From Candidatus Omnitrophota bacterium (lineage in GTDB: Bacteria; Omnitrophota; Omnitrophia; Omnitrophales; Aquincolibacteriaceae): 64,000 nucleotides of DNA. The notes below the pieces were generated by a model. It saw only the letters and a list, made by a program, of their open reading frames with translations, was not told where the DNA came from and searched no databases. Positions 63,080 through 64,000 of the stretch are shown here, piece after piece. Both the position numbers and the translations under genes were made by a program. Positions within the stretch are counted from its first letter, which is position 1. Each line of letters starts with the position of its first letter. Location of the stretch: the NCBI GenBank assembly GCA_030698625.1, contig JAUYMS010000048.1, positions 90,404 through 154,403 on the forward strand. The letters are read 5' to 3'.

Positions 63080-63892
63080 ATGAAAACATTGGGCATTATT
63101 GCAGGTAACGGGCGCTTTCCCATTCTCGCAGCTCAGCAAGCACGCGAGCAGGGATTCCGTGTCGTCCTCTGCGCAGTGGAAAAGGAGGCCGATCCGGTGC
63201 TTGAGGAGATGGTCGACTGCTGTCAGTGGGTCAAGGTGGGTGCCCTGAAGAAGCTAACAGATTTTTTTTCGAAGGAAGGCGTTGAAGAGGCCATTATGGC
63301 CGGAAAGATTGAGAAAGTCCGTCTATTTCAAGGGAATGTGCAACCCGACCTCGAGATGGTCAAAGTCCTGATGAAGACTCGCGATTTCAAAGACGACTCA
63401 CTACTTTCCGGGATTGCCGATTATCTTGAAGGCCGCGGAATCCGTCTCCTGGACTCAACTACTTTTTTGAAGGGCGCACTCCCCGGGCCGGGTGTGTTGG
63501 GAAAGAAAAAGCCGTCGAAAGAGATTATGGAGGATATGGCATTTGGGTTCCATATGGCGAAATCCGTTTCGGGCTTAGATATAGGGCAAACGGTTGTCGT
63601 GAAAAAGAAGGCGATACTTGCCGTAGAAGCTATTGAAGGTACCGACCAAGCCATTCGCCGCGGCGGCATACTTGGCGGGGATAACATCGTGGTTGTGAAG
63701 GTTGCGAAGCCGAATCAGGACATGCGCTTCGACGTGCCTGCGGTCGGGCTTCAGACGATGGAGGCCTTAGTGGAATGTCGGGCAAGTGCCTTTGCGTTTG
63801 AAGCTTCGAAGACGCTTTTTTTGGATCAGACCGAATTCCTTAGAATGGCGGATGCTCATAAAATTGCGATCGTGGGTTGGCAAGAGGCATGA
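63080..63892 (+). CDS. lpxI: UDP-2,3-diacylglucosamine hydrolase LpxI (DUF1009 family)
   Basis: N-terminal GIIAGNGRFP motif and about 270 aa length. Located within the lpx cluster, where lpxH would otherwise be expected. Confidence 0.7.
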   Translation: MKTLGIIAGNGRFPILAAQQAREQGFRVVLCAVEKEADPVLEEMVDCCQWVKVGALKKLTDFFSKEGVEEAIMAGKIEKVRLFQGNVQPDLEMVKVLMKTRDFKDDSLLSGIADYLEGRGIRLLDSTTFLKGALPGPGVLGKKKPSKEIMEDMAFGFHMAKSVSGLDIGQTVVVKKKAILAVEAIEGTDQAIRRGGILGGDNIVVVKVAKPNQDMRFDVPAVGLQTMEALVECRASAFAFEASKTLFLDQTEFLRMADAHKIAIVGWQEA

Positions 63893-64000
63893 TGTCGAGC
63901 GAAGAATCCCGTAAAACTGAAACCAAAGATTCCCTAACAGGTCTACGCCGAGAGGTTGCGGAACTTACGGTGCTTCATGAGATTTCGAAGGTGATCAGTT
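63889..64000 (+). CDS. 5' fragment of an unidentified ORF (possibly GAF/regulatory), truncated by the window end
   Basis: ATG overlapping the lpxI stop as ATGATG. Only 37 codons are visible (MMSSEESRKTETKDSLTGLRREVAELTVLHEISKVIS). Confidence 0.3.
   Translation, partial: MMSSEESRKTETKDSLTGLRREVAELTVLHEISKVIS

Noticed and set aside
1-64000. CRISPR arrays, IS elements, integrases, toxin-antitoxin pairs, restriction-modification or other defence or mobile modules
   Set aside because: No direct-repeat/spacer arrays, terminal inverted repeats, transposase or integrase-like ORFs, or small paired ORFs were seen. Every sizeable ORF is accounted for by a housekeeping homologue.

Overview
This window is almost entirely core housekeeping DNA from a Gram-negative (diderm) bacterium, with about 80 genes on the + strand and one on the - strand. 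It opens with the 3' part of tuf, then tRNA-Trp, secE, nusG, rplKAJL, rpoBC, rpsLG and fusA. The S10/spc/alpha ribosomal-protein operons follow directly, from rpsJ to rplQ, with no second tuf and no rpmD. After that come an aspartate aminotransferase, an unusually short Mfd, a SurA-like PPIase, pdxA, rsmA, gatCAB and tsaD. The only accessory-looking stretch lies at about 41.3-47.1 kb. It holds MgtC, LarB, a sigma-54-type promoter in front of amt-glnK, a LarC N-domain-only gene, a divergent His-rich membrane protein (the single minus-strand gene), hisG and a 32-aa bS22-like ORF. The rest is ispE, tRNA-Gln, clpX, two orphan sugar-type ABC permeases, glmU-prs-rplY-pth, rpsF-ssb-rpsR-rplI-dnaB and bamA-skp-lpxC/fabZ-lpxA-lpxI, ending in a truncated ORF. 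I found no CRISPR array, mobile element, toxin or defence cassette. The most interesting items are a minimal Mfd that lacks both the UvrA-recruitment and the autoinhibitory modules, a split and partial nickel-pincer (Lar) cofactor gene set next to a His-rich membrane protein, a hidden bS22-like micro-ORF, lineage-specific low-complexity tails and a Zn-ribbon L24 among the ribosomal proteins, and a near-consensus sigma-54 promoter for amt-glnK. All coordinates for small features were derived by hand against the ORF track and could be off by a base or so.
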